From: Candidatus Poribacteria bacterium | Lineage (GTDB): Bacteria; Poribacteria; WGA-4E; WGA-3G | DNA length: 64,000 nt | Assembly: GCA_965197475.1 (NCBI GenBank) | Contig: CBDANF010000002.1 | Location: 64,001 to 128,000, forward strand | Direction: 5' to 3' | Part shown: piece by piece, positions 39,680-49,111 of the stretch | Numbering within the stretch: position 1 is the first letter of the stretch | Layout of the letters: every line of letters starts with the position of its first letter | The notes under the pieces: generated by a model | Databases searched by the model: none | Told to the model about the DNA's origin: nothing | What the model saw: the letters and a program-made list of their open reading frames with translations, nothing else | Position numbers and translations under genes: made by a program

Positions 39680-40453
39680 TCAATTTGGTTTTTGAGTTGG
39701 AAAAGACCTGCCTGCAAGCTTCAATGCGGTCTCAAGTTGTATCGCAGTATCAAAGTCCGCAATCGCCGCATCGTATTCACCAAGTCCTCCCTTGGCAATC
39801 CCTCTATTGTGATACGCTTCGGCAAAATCAGGTTTGATTTGTATTACAGTATTAAAATCCGATATAGCAGCATCGTATTGGCCGAGTGATCCTTTTGCTA
39901 CACCCCGATTTAAGTAGGCTATTGCTTTATCAGGTTTGATTTGTATTGCAGTATTGTAGTCTGCAATCGCCGCATCGTATTGACCAAGTTTGCTTTTTGC
40001 CACCCCTCGATTGAAGTATGCGGTTGCTTTATCCGGTTTAATTTGTATTGCGGTATCAAAGTCTGCAATCGCCGCATCGTATTTACCGAGTTGTCCTTTT
40101 GACAAACCCCGACCATAGTAGGCAGCTGCGTAATCAGGCTTAAGTCGTATGGCAATATCAAAGTCCTCTATTGCCGCATCGTATTCACCAAGTTCGCTTT
40201 TTGCTAACCCCCGATTGAGGTAGAACCCTTCCTTAAACCTGATGAGGCGTATAGCGGTATCAAAATCTGCAATCGCCGCATCGTATTCACCGAGTTCTAC
40301 CTTTGCATTTCCTCGATTGTTGTAGGCAAGCGCAAAATTAGGATCAAGGCATATGGCAATATCAAAGTCCTCTATCGCCGCATCGTATTCACCGAGTTCT
40401 ACCTTTTCCACACCTCGTTTGTTGTAGGCATTTGCGTCATCAGGAAGAGACAT
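39680..40453 (-). CDS. TPR-repeat protein with near-identical repeats, C-terminus probably deleted
   Basis: Seven LG.YDAAI.DF..AI units; abrupt join to ALKLA. Confidence 0.85.
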   Translation of the reverse strand: MSLPDDANAYNKRGVEKVELGEYDAAIEDFDIAICLDPNFALAYNNRGNAKVELGEYDAAIADFDTAIRLIRFKEGFYLNRGLAKSELGEYDAAIEDFDIAIRLKPDYAAAYYGRGLSKGQLGKYDAAIADFDTAIQIKPDKATAYFNRGVAKSKLGQYDAAIADYNTAIQIKPDKAIAYLNRGVAKGSLGQYDAAISDFNTVIQIKPDFAEAYHNRGIAKGGLGEYDAAIADFDTAIQLETALKLAGRSFPTQKPN

Positions 40454-40548
40454 AACTTATTTCCTTGCTTTCCATAACAGATTAATCAGATAGGACAGAC
40501 CAAATAGTCTGTCCTACTTAATTCTCGTTTGTAAGACCTAAGCACTTT

Positions 40549-41271
40549 TCAACTAAGAGGTTCTAACGGCTTGGCATTCCCAAAGACAGGTACTGGCGCA
40601 TCTCCAAGGGCTGCCCAGCGCGAAGCGTTCGCAATAACCTGGCGGACATTCTCATCGTAATAGATCGGATATGTTTCATGACCAGGACGGAAATAGAATA
40701 TCTTTCCTCTGCCGCGATAGTAGCAACAACCACTCCGGAACACTTCACCGCCAGGGAACCAACTGATAAAAACAAGTGTGTCCGGTTCTGGGATGTCAAA
40801 CGGTTCACCATACATCTCTGCGTGTTCAATTTCAAAGGACTCGTCAAGTCCTTCAACAATGGGGTGTCCGTGTTCAATCACCCAGATACGTTCCTTTTCT
40901 GCTGCCTCTCGCCATTTTAGACTACATGACGTTCCCATCAAACGAGTAAACGGCTTAGAATAGTGACCAGAATGTAGGACGATAAGCCCCATTCCCTGCA
41001 GTACACGTGCTTTTACCTTATCAGCAATTGCATCTTCAACTGCACCGTGCGCGGCATGTCCCCACCATATTAACACATCTGTTTTTTCGAGCACTTCATT
41101 AGTTAAACCGTGTTCAGGTTCATCTAACGTTGCAGTCAACGTTTCAATTCCGTGTTCACTTAACCCATCGGCAATAGCGGCATGGATGCCTTTTGGGTAA
41201 ATTCCGCGGATCTTTTCGTTTGTTTTTTCATGTCTAAATTCGTTCCAAACTGTAACTAAAGGTTGTGACAT
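40549..41271 (-). CDS. ThuA-like (trehalose utilisation, class I GAT-fold) protein
   Basis: [52 protein letters not shown]. Confidence 0.9.
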   Translation of the reverse strand: MSQPLVTVWNEFRHEKTNEKIRGIYPKGIHAAIADGLSEHGIETLTATLDEPEHGLTNEVLEKTDVLIWWGHAAHGAVEDAIADKVKARVLQGMGLIVLHSGHYSKPFTRLMGTSCSLKWREAAEKERIWVIEHGHPIVEGLDESFEIEHAEMYGEPFDIPEPDTLVFISWFPGGEVFRSGCCYYRGRGKIFYFRPGHETYPIYYDENVRQVIANASRWAALGDAPVPVFGNAKPLEPLS

Positions 41272-41323
41272 AAGTTTCTCCTTATTATCAGAAATTGTTT
41301 GAAATTACACCGTAAAAAAGAGA

Positions 41324-41660
41324 TCATTCAACAGCAACAACGTATTCAGTCAACACAGATCGTCTTTCTTTGGCACGCTTAGCAGCCTCAACAAATTCGC
41401 GTAATGCAACAATTAATTCATCAGCTGTCTCAGATGTGAATGAGGCTTCACCATCTTCTGGGCAAACCCAAGCGTACACATTTGGTATCTGGACAGAAAT
41501 ACCATCTTCACTATATGAAAATAAGGTTTGCCGCCACTCTTTTTTCTATTGTGTTGCCCACAAATTGGGGGTGGTTTCGGTGTCATAAGTTATTTCCTTC
41601 AACGTTTCAAGCGTGCAAAGGGAGGAAATTGCCATTGATTCTCATCAGGAATGTAAGCAG
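41324..41660 (-). pseudogene. Decayed DUF4258 toxin / YgiT-type zinc-finger antitoxin pair
   Basis: MTPKPPPICGQH..(frameshift)..EWRQTLFSYSEDGISVQIPNVYAWVCPEDGEASF... at 41586-41324, preceded by the fragment EFVTAYIPDENQW. Confidence 0.55.
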
Positions 41661-41735
41661 TCACAAACTCAATGTAAATTGGATTTGTAAATCCACACCA
41701 TATTATTCCTACTCTAACTTGCAAGTTTGCCATTC

Positions 41736-42929
41736 TTAAAATGTTAATCCTGTCTCTACTGCTTCATCGTAGTCAACACCCTCAACCTCAAAACCGAAAA
41801 GGTTTCGGAAACGTCTTCTGTAGCCAGTGTAGTCAGAGAGTTCATGGAAGTTGTCGGTATCAATCTGTTCCCAACGTTCTGTGACTGCATCTGTCACATC
41901 CTGTCGTAATTCTCTGTCATCTAACCGAATGTAACGTTCGTCATCAAGTTGAGGTTGTAAGCCTGGACCGAGATGCTCCGAGAAAAGTCGCTGCATCTGC
42001 CCAATCGGTGCCTCATTGATACCTTTTGCGTTCATAATATCATATAGGATACTGATGTAGAGCGGCACGACAGGGATTGCCGCAGAGGCTTGCGTAACGA
42101 CGGCTTTGTTAACCGATATATACGCATTGCCACCGAATTGATTTGCGAGTTTTTCATCAAGCGCGTCTACACGAGCCTTTAGGTCATCTTTTGCTCTGCC
42201 GATGGTGCCATCACGATAAATTGGCCAAGTTAATGCGCTACCGATATAGGTATAGGCAACAACCGTCACCTCTGGCGCAAGCAACTCGGCATCTGCTAAA
42301 GCCGAAACCCACATCTCCAGATCCTCGCCTCCCATCACTGCGATTGTGTCAGTGATTTCTTTGTCATTTGCAGGTTCAATCGTTACAGGGGCAACGACTT
42401 CATTGTTCAAGTCGATGGTTTTTCCTGTATACGGTTCGCCGATCGGTTTCAGCTCTGAATTATGCGTTTCACCAGTGCGTGGATGGATTCGGCGTGGTGC
42501 AGCGATGCTATAGATGAGAATGTCTATTTTGCCAAAGTTTGCTTTGAGTTGTTCGATTGCCTCTTGCTTCACATCATCCGAAAAGGCATCTCCGTTGAGA
42601 CTTTCTGCGAAAAAGCCATCATGTTGTGCTTGTTGGTGAAATGCAACGGTGTTGTAATAGCCTGCTGACGCAGTGCGGCGGTCATCCGCGGGACGTTCAT
42701 AGAGAAGTCCTAACGTTTTTGCACCGTATCCCCACGTCAGCGCAATGCGGGAGGCGAGTCCATAGCCGGTTGACGCACCGATGACAAGTGCGTTTAAACC
42801 TGCATCTTTGTGTGTGGTACTTTCCTTAATTAACGCTATCTGGTTTTGAATGTTTGCCTGACAGCCAGCAGGATGGGCATTAGTACAGATAAAACCACGG
42901 ATCCGAGGCTTAACAATTTGAACTGCCAT
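41736..42929 (-). CDS. fabV: Enoyl-ACP reductase / trans-2-enoyl-CoA reductase
   Basis: RGFICTNAHPAGC, GASTGYGLASRI, VMGGED, YRDGTIGRAK, VTQASAAIP, LFGFEV. Confidence 0.95.
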   Translation of the reverse strand: MAVQIVKPRIRGFICTNAHPAGCQANIQNQIALIKESTTHKDAGLNALVIGASTGYGLASRIALTWGYGAKTLGLLYERPADDRRTASAGYYNTVAFHQQAQHDGFFAESLNGDAFSDDVKQEAIEQLKANFGKIDILIYSIAAPRRIHPRTGETHNSELKPIGEPYTGKTIDLNNEVVAPVTIEPANDKEITDTIAVMGGEDLEMWVSALADAELLAPEVTVVAYTYIGSALTWPIYRDGTIGRAKDDLKARVDALDEKLANQFGGNAYISVNKAVVTQASAAIPVVPLYISILYDIMNAKGINEAPIGQMQRLFSEHLGPGLQPQLDDERYIRLDDRELRQDVTDAVTERWEQIDTDNFHELSDYTGYRRRFRNLFGFEVEGVDYDEAVETGLTF

Positions 42930-42950
42930 TATATCCTTTTTCTAAAGAGG

Positions 42951-43412
42951 TTAGTCCTCAATTTCAACGATCATTTCGATTTCAACAGGAATACCGCCGG
43001 GCAATTGCACCATGCCAACTGCTGAACGGGCGTGTTTGCCTTTGTCACCAAATACCTCAACGAAGAAATCTGATGCGCCATTGACAACTGCGGGTTGGTC
43101 AATGAAATCTGGTGATGAGTTGACAAATCCAACGAGCTTCACAACACGTTTAATTCGATCCAGATCGCCCAGGGCGTGTTTTAGAGTGCTCAACAACCCG
43201 ATTGCAACTTGGCGTGCAGAGGCATAACCCTCTTCAATGGTTGCATCTGTGCCGAGTTGACTCTTATAGATTGGACCTTCACCTGTGCCAGGACCGTGTC
43301 CAGATGTAAAAATAAGATTTCCTGTTTGAACCGTTGTAACATAATTGGCAACAGGTATAGCAGGAGGCGGTAATTCCACGCCTAATTCTTCAAGTCGTTT
43401 TTCTATTTTCAT
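42951..43412 (-). CDS. RidA/YjgF-family protein
   Basis: Likely start MKIEKRLEELG; PVANYV, VVKLVGFVNS, NGASD, HARSAVG. Confidence 0.9.
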   Translation of the reverse strand: MKIEKRLEELGVELPPPAIPVANYVTTVQTGNLIFTSGHGPGTGEGPIYKSQLGTDATIEEGYASARQVAIGLLSTLKHALGDLDRIKRVVKLVGFVNSSPDFIDQPAVVNGASDFFVEVFGDKGKHARSAVGMVQLPGGIPVEIEMIVEIED

Positions 43413-43753
43413 GTAATTTAATATCTCCCATATAAGTTCGTATTTAAAGGTGCTACAGACATGACATCTTGAATAAGTCTCTATTATTAAATAGGTTTTC
43501 GTTGATTTTGTCAAGTAAATTATAATTTTCTTCGTTTGCATTATTTCTTGATTTCTTGTCCGATGTGTGATATATTTTAAGTTATCACTATGTTAAATTA
43601 ACTCTGTGTTAGGAAAAATAGTTATACAACCATTGCACTCCGCTGGAACTATTGTAGGAGGATTGATTCTTAAACCTGAAGATGCTGAAGTACTGCGAAA
43701 TCCTAAACTTTAGCGCGGATGCGATATTAAGTGAACGTAGTAAAACACATTTC

Positions 43754-44104
43754 ATGAAGATACCAAATGCTGAACGTGCTATTGTTGACATTCGCAAGCT
43801 GCGAGATTATTGCCTCAATCCGCAGCATAATAAAGGAAAACATAAAGCCCGCTTATTTACCTCCATACTCGGTATGAATACTAATGATGCAGAAGACTTA
43901 CGTAACGTCTTATTAGAAGTTGTCAAGAAACAGGACGCACAATTAGCTGAAAAGAACGCGTATGGGCAGCGTTATACGCTTGATTTTACGTTAAATTGGA
44001 ACGACAAGCAAGCGACAATTCGTAGTGCTTGGATTATTGAAACTGATTCTGACATCCCAAAATTGACAACTGTGTTTCCATTGATACATAAAGGTGAACT
44101 ATGA
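43754..44104 (+). CDS. DUF6883-like putative toxin
   Basis: MKIPNAERAIVDIRKLRDYCLNPQHNKGKHKARLF...YGQRY...IRSAWII....PKLTT (recalled family signature); ATGA overlap with the next gene. Confidence 0.8.
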   Translation: MKIPNAERAIVDIRKLRDYCLNPQHNKGKHKARLFTSILGMNTNDAEDLRNVLLEVVKKQDAQLAEKNAYGQRYTLDFTLNWNDKQATIRSAWIIETDSDIPKLTTVFPLIHKGEL

Positions 44105-47100
44105 AAAATAAATTTTCCAATGACACCTCAAATATAGGAAATTCGACTGAACACAGCCAGGAACCTGCAGGTAATGGCAAAATCAAACTTCTGGATGTCG
44201 TTGCGCTTGCACAGGATATTCCTGAGCATAATCTCAAACGTGGAGAAACCGGTACTGTCGTTGAAATCCTTTCGAACGGCGAAGCGTTTGAGGTGGAATT
44301 TAGTGATGAGAATGGACAGATGTATAAGTGTACAAGTTTCCTTGCATCTCAACTCACAGTCCTCCACGATGAACCAATAAATACAAATCCGAACCGTCAA
44401 GCAAATGACGCCATACAAGGTTACTACTATCAACTGTGCCATACTGTAGATGCTTGGTTAGACCTTGCTGATAATGATATTCTCTATGTTGAAGTTGCGG
44501 AAGATTTTGATATAGAGTCAGATGGAACGTTTACAGCCACGCAAGTCAAACACACACAACGCAATATATCACTTAGATCTGAGCAAGTGATTAACGCAAT
44601 CAACAACTTTTGGAAATTGCGAAATGACAATTCTAATCGGTGTGTGAAATTCCGTCTCCTCACAAAATCTAAGATCGCAAAAGAACAAGAGGACCCCTTT
44701 GGAACGGATAAACCAGGCCTTGAGTTATGGAGTCATTGTTCCGGTGATGAAGTAGTAATCAAAAAAATATCCAACTTTTTGCAGAATGATGGGAAAATAT
44801 CAGCGGAAGTAAGTGAATTTCTCGAACAAACAGAACCGCAAAATATTTATGAACAACTCATTGAACCCATTACTTGGGAGACAGGTAGCAAACCTATAAG
44901 TTATGTTGAACGATCCATAAATAGTAAATTAATTCTTCATGGTAGTCGACAACCTATCCCAGTACCACCTTCTGATGCCAAGAAAGTAGTTGGCTGTCTT
45001 CTCAAAGAAACCTTAACGGTTGCAACACAAAAAGAAAACCGAGAACTTACCAAAGCACGCTTCCTTGAAATTTTCGAGGAGCAAACCACACAAAGGATTC
45101 CGACACAGCATTTGCAACAGCTGCAAAGTCAAGTGACAATGATGCACAGTGTTGGAATGCCATCTTTTAAGGGTTCCTCCGATATTACTATCCAATTTCA
45201 ATCTCTAATACAAACTGAGATACCTCAAACATACTTGGATGTCCTTGTTCCAAGAACAGATCTACTCACAAGTATACAGACAAAACTCCAATCAGAAGGT
45301 ATATCTATAATCCATGGAGGAGCGGGAAAAGGAAAAACAACCCTCGCAAAATTGACTGCAAACGCTATAAGCGGAAAATGGTTTTGGCAGAGTTTCACAA
45401 AAATGGATCCGTTATCTAAAGAATTTTCACTTCAGGTTGCCCAACAGTTGAAACAGCTTGCTATTGCGATACATAATGAATCTTCTCAAGTCAATGTTGT
45501 CCTTGATGACTTGAGTTTACAATCTAAACATCTACATGGATATAAAGAAGAATTAGGTGTTGTGGTCTATAATGTCCTTAATCGTGGTGCAAAATTGTTG
45601 ATTACAAGCCAACATAAAACACCTCTTAATTTCATTACCAGCCTTGGTTTACCATCATCTATCGTCATAGATGTTCCTAACTTTACCATGCCCGAAATTG
45701 AGCAATTTGCTGAACAAATGGGGTGTCCGACTAATGACTTAAAAACTTGTGTAATCTCTATTCAAACACATACACTTGGACATCCAAAACTCGTACACGC
45801 TCGATTAGCTCAATTGCGGGAGAAAAACTGGAAAGAAAAACACACAATAGAAAGTCTCATGCAAACGCCCCAAGAAGTGAAAGACGAACGCGAAGCAGCA
45901 CGACAGTTAGTTTCCAAATTACCCGAAGATCAACAGAAATTTCTCTATAGACTTAGCCTAATGCATACTGTATTTAGGAGAGATTATGCTCTCAACATTG
46001 GCGAAATCCCAGAACCCGTTCAGAATCCTGGAATTGTACTTGATCAATTGGACGGTCCATGGATAGATCGTGTTAATGAAACTTACTTCACTATTTCACC
46101 TTTACTAATTGACGCAGCTAAACAGGTTTGGTCTAAGAACGTGACAAACAAACTTCACACACAGATTGCAAACGCAATCCTTGAAGCAGATCATCTAACC
46201 ACGATAGAAGCACGAACTGTATTTCATCATAGTATACAAGGACAAAATAAAAAAGGATTAATTTCTGTCATTTATTCTTTGATAACTGCCCCAGAGGATG
46301 ATTGGCAAAATATTTGTCAAGAATTCTCATGGATCAGATATCTTAAAACCAATCCTCCCGATGAATTTTTCCCTGGGGATTTCTTTGAAAATCACATGTT
46401 TCGATCATTGCAGTATCGATTTTCGGTAGAGGTGGAACCAGAATTTGCCCCGAAAATACTTGAAATCTGGGATAACGAAACCAAAAAATACAAAACACAT
46501 CAATCATATATGATGGCACGTCTAATGCTCACAACACAAGCATTGATATATAATCAAGCGCAATTTTCAGCCAAGAAATTGATGAGTTATCTAAAAGAAA
46601 TCTATGATATAAAAAACATGGGCAAAAAGGTTTGGAAGTCATACTTTAATTCCATGGAAGAATTAAAAGAAATAAACATTGATGAATCAAACTTTTTCAG
46701 TTTCCTATTTAGTTGTATCTATATGCGTCCAGAAATCAACGCTGTTTTCCTCAATGAACTTATTGATACACTGGATAAACTTGATCCAAGAATTAGAACG
46801 TTATTATTGGTTGACTTTGAGAATGATACCATTCAATCACAACTTTTGAATAATGGAGTTTGGTTAACAGAGGAAAAACTTGAAAATCCTAATTGGACAA
46901 GATGTCTTGAAGCTTTTGATAAAGTAATTGAAAAAACTATTGCATGGGGTTATCCATATATCGCTGCTGCATCAGCAAGAATTAAAGCCATCACCCATGA
47001 CGAAAAATTGAGCGACCCAGATACCGCTCATAAAGTTCTTCAAGATATTATATCAAAACTTGGTACTTTACCAACGATAGAAGAAGCACAAGCAGTCGTA

Positions 47101-48651
47101 TACTTTAACCAGAAACGCTACAAAGACGCACTCAATATTTACGAACGTATTCTCCCAAAATGGAATCCACCATCAGACCAAGTAAACATTGGACCTTTAG
47201 AGGAATATCGTAGAGCCGCTATCTGTGCAGCCAACTTGGACGATTGGAAGAAAACAGCCTGCTTTTTTGAAGAGGGAGCTAATAAAACTCGAAAGATTGA
47301 AAATACTGAAAGATATATCGGTTTATATGCAGATGCAGGATTTGCCCACTTTAAAGCAGGCAATATGTTGAACTGCATAAAATTCCTACATCTGGCGTTG
47401 CAAAATTTTGAGACACTACCTCAAGACAATACAGATGTTAAGTATTTCACTTTAAAGAAACGATTAGAATACATTATAAAATGGATATGGGTGATATGGT
47501 GCGGACTTGAAAATAACTCTTCAGAACTTACTGAACCCTCTGCAGGTTTCTGTAGTGATCCGGAGACTAAAGAAAAAGTTTTAGACTTACCTGATTCTCC
47601 GATAGGATACTCTTGGCTCTTTTTAGCGCAAATTGAGTACAGATTTGGACATGAGACGACAGTTTTCCAACATGCCCTGCAAACCACAGATAGAAATACA
47701 TATCCAGAATTAAGTTTCTTTCTTTCTCTACTCAAAACACAATATGACTTTAGAAACAAAACCCTCAATGAACTACCAACACGTATACAGCAATTGGCAA
47801 ATGCTTGCAACTCAATACAAAAGCACCTCCAAAGTGGAAAAGGGATCAGAGAAGAGGGAATCGGCTTTATACCTATAGAAAACGTGCCCAATTTCACATC
47901 TGTTGAGAACACCACTGTTATGTTAGTAGCAGCCCTTGTTATTCAATTATCAGCAGGCGCAGATACACATGCAATTTTGTCTATATGGCGTGCTAATTCT
48001 TCAGAGCTATTTATAAAAGAAAATATGATAAATGTTCTTAATCTGATTGACAGAATGTTATCTGCAGATCAAAATTATGCCCTAAAAGTGATGAAAACAC
48101 AAGATGTTAAACCTGAAGAGAGGTTAACAGCAGCATTAAAGATTATTCATAATATCGAAACAAGTCCAAAAGATCTTTTTCATGCACATATACTCATTTC
48201 AACTTATCTCGTTGATAGTCTAATATGGCTAGATCCCTTCTTGACAGGTTTAGCAGGATTACTTTCTGCACAGTGGCTTGAGAAAATAAAATTTCGAGCG
48301 GCATTGAAAATGCCTATGGTTACAGTGCCCGAAATTGAACAAGCCTGTAACAGTAGTGAGACTGGGAAGAAAAAAATCGGTCAGATTCTACTTGCAGCAC
48401 ATCCCGCTGTTTCAGTTAGAGTGGCACCTGATACATTGCAGCAGTTTCGCACTTGGACAGAATCAAAGCAGAAACAGGAACATGCCATAGGAAAAAATCC
48501 AACAGCACAACGCCTGATCAAAGCGATGGAAAAGCCACCGCATCTCACTGATGAAGATATTGAAGCACTGAATCAGTCAATAAAAGAGGGGGAAATACCT
48601 ATAAAGTTTGATTCGCCCTTTGAACCGGATGAACGTGAAAACAATGAATAA
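44101..48651 (+). CDS. DUF4926 + Cap4/DUF4297-like nuclease + P-loop (STAND-like) NTPase + helical/TPR-like region + antitoxin-like tail (1516 aa)
   Basis: aa~28-90 KLLDVVAL..D..GETGTVVE..FEVEF; aa~100-150 AIQGYYYQ..EVAEDFD..QVK; Walker A GGAGKGKT (aa406); Walker B VVLDD (aa466); helical C-terminal half; tail LIKAMEKPPHLTDEDIEALNQSIKEG. Confidence 0.75.
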   Translation: MKNKFSNDTSNIGNSTEHSQEPAGNGKIKLLDVVALAQDIPEHNLKRGETGTVVEILSNGEAFEVEFSDENGQMYKCTSFLASQLTVLHDEPINTNPNRQANDAIQGYYYQLCHTVDAWLDLADNDILYVEVAEDFDIESDGTFTATQVKHTQRNISLRSEQVINAINNFWKLRNDNSNRCVKFRLLTKSKIAKEQEDPFGTDKPGLELWSHCSGDEVVIKKISNFLQNDGKISAEVSEFLEQTEPQNIYEQLIEPITWETGSKPISYVERSINSKLILHGSRQPIPVPPSDAKKVVGCLLKETLTVATQKENRELTKARFLEIFEEQTTQRIPTQHLQQLQSQVTMMHSVGMPSFKGSSDITIQFQSLIQTEIPQTYLDVLVPRTDLLTSIQTKLQSEGISIIHGGAGKGKTTLAKLTANAISGKWFWQSFTKMDPLSKEFSLQVAQQLKQLAIAIHNESSQVNVVLDDLSLQSKHLHGYKEELGVVVYNVLNRGAKLLITSQHKTPLNFITSLGLPSSIVIDVPNFTMPEIEQFAEQMGCPTNDLKTCVISIQTHTLGHPKLVHARLAQLREKNWKEKHTIESLMQTPQEVKDEREAARQLVSKLPEDQQKFLYRLSLMHTVFRRDYALNIGEIPEPVQNPGIVLDQLDGPWIDRVNETYFTISPLLIDAAKQVWSKNVTNKLHTQIANAILEADHLTTIEARTVFHHSIQGQNKKGLISVIYSLITAPEDDWQNICQEFSWIRYLKTNPPDEFFPGDFFENHMFRSLQYRFSVEVEPEFAPKILEIWDNETKKYKTHQSYMMARLMLTTQALIYNQAQFSAKKLMSYLKEIYDIKNMGKKVWKSYFNSMEELKEINIDESNFFSFLFSCIYMRPEINAVFLNELIDTLDKLDPRIRTLLLVDFENDTIQSQLLNNGVWLTEEKLENPNWTRCLEAFDKVIEKTIAWGYPYIAAASARIKAITHDEKLSDPDTAHKVLQDIISKLGTLPTIEEAQAVVYFNQKRYKDALNIYERILPKWNPPSDQVNIGPLEEYRRAAICAANLDDWKKTACFFEEGANKTRKIENTERYIGLYADAGFAHFKAGNMLNCIKFLHLALQNFETLPQDNTDVKYFTLKKRLEYIIKWIWVIWCGLENNSSELTEPSAGFCSDPETKEKVLDLPDSPIGYSWLFLAQIEYRFGHETTVFQHALQTTDRNTYPELSFFLSLLKTQYDFRNKTLNELPTRIQQLANACNSIQKHLQSGKGIREEGIGFIPIENVPNFTSVENTTVMLVAALVIQLSAGADTHAILSIWRANSSELFIKENMINVLNLIDRMLSADQNYALKVMKTQDVKPEERLTAALKIIHNIETSPKDLFHAHILISTYLVDSLIWLDPFLTGLAGLLSAQWLEKIKFRAALKMPMVTVPEIEQACNSSETGKKKIGQILLAAHPAVSVRVAPDTLQQFRTWTESKQKQEHAIGKNPTAQRLIKAMEKPPHLTDEDIEALNQSIKEGEIPIKFDSPFEPDERENNE

Positions 48652-49060
48652 ATATCTCTTGGATACATCAACATGTAGTTTGTTGATGGAGGATAATCCC
48701 AGAGTGAAAGGGCGTTTAGATTCTTTGACTGAGTCGGACTACCCTTTTACTTGTCCAATCGTTAAGGGCGAAATTCTGTTCGGAATTGGTCGGCTCCCTG
48801 CCGGAAAAAGAAGACAAGATCTCGAACAAAGGGCAAATGAACTATTTGCTGAAGTTCCGTGTGACCCAATCCCTGAGAATGTTAGTGATGTTTATGCACA
48901 GATAAAAGTTGCTGCTCAACAGCAGGGAACGTCTTTAGGTGAATGCGACCTTTGGATTGCTGCTACGGCTTTATCTCTTGATGCAATCCTGGTTGCTTCC
49001 GATTCTGATTATGAAAGAATAGTTGGATTAGGGCTCCGTCTGGAAGATTGGAAAAATTAA
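48644..49060 (+). CDS. vapC: VapC/PIN-domain ribonuclease toxin
   Basis: YLLDTS, VKGEILFG, DLWIAATAL, LVASDSDY acidic PIN motifs; 8-bp overlap with the upstream gene. Confidence 0.9.
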   Translation: MNKYLLDTSTCSLLMEDNPRVKGRLDSLTESDYPFTCPIVKGEILFGIGRLPAGKRRQDLEQRANELFAEVPCDPIPENVSDVYAQIKVAAQQQGTSLGECDLWIAATALSLDAILVASDSDYERIVGLGLRLEDWKN

Positions 49061-49111
49061 CGAAAGAGATATTTCACGTCAATAACACAGATAAACCGAA
49101 AGGAATTGCCC

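Noticed and set aside
39680-40453. Near-identical ~102-bp DNA repeats as a DGR template/variable pair or CRISPR
   Set aside because: They are in-frame TPR coding repeats; I saw no adenine-specific variation and there is no reverse transcriptase in the window.
25467-41660. Single-base frameshifts as a sign of systematic sequencing error
   Set aside because: They are confined to IS, TA and one TPR gene while multi-kb genes are intact, which favours real decay; read data would be needed to be sure.
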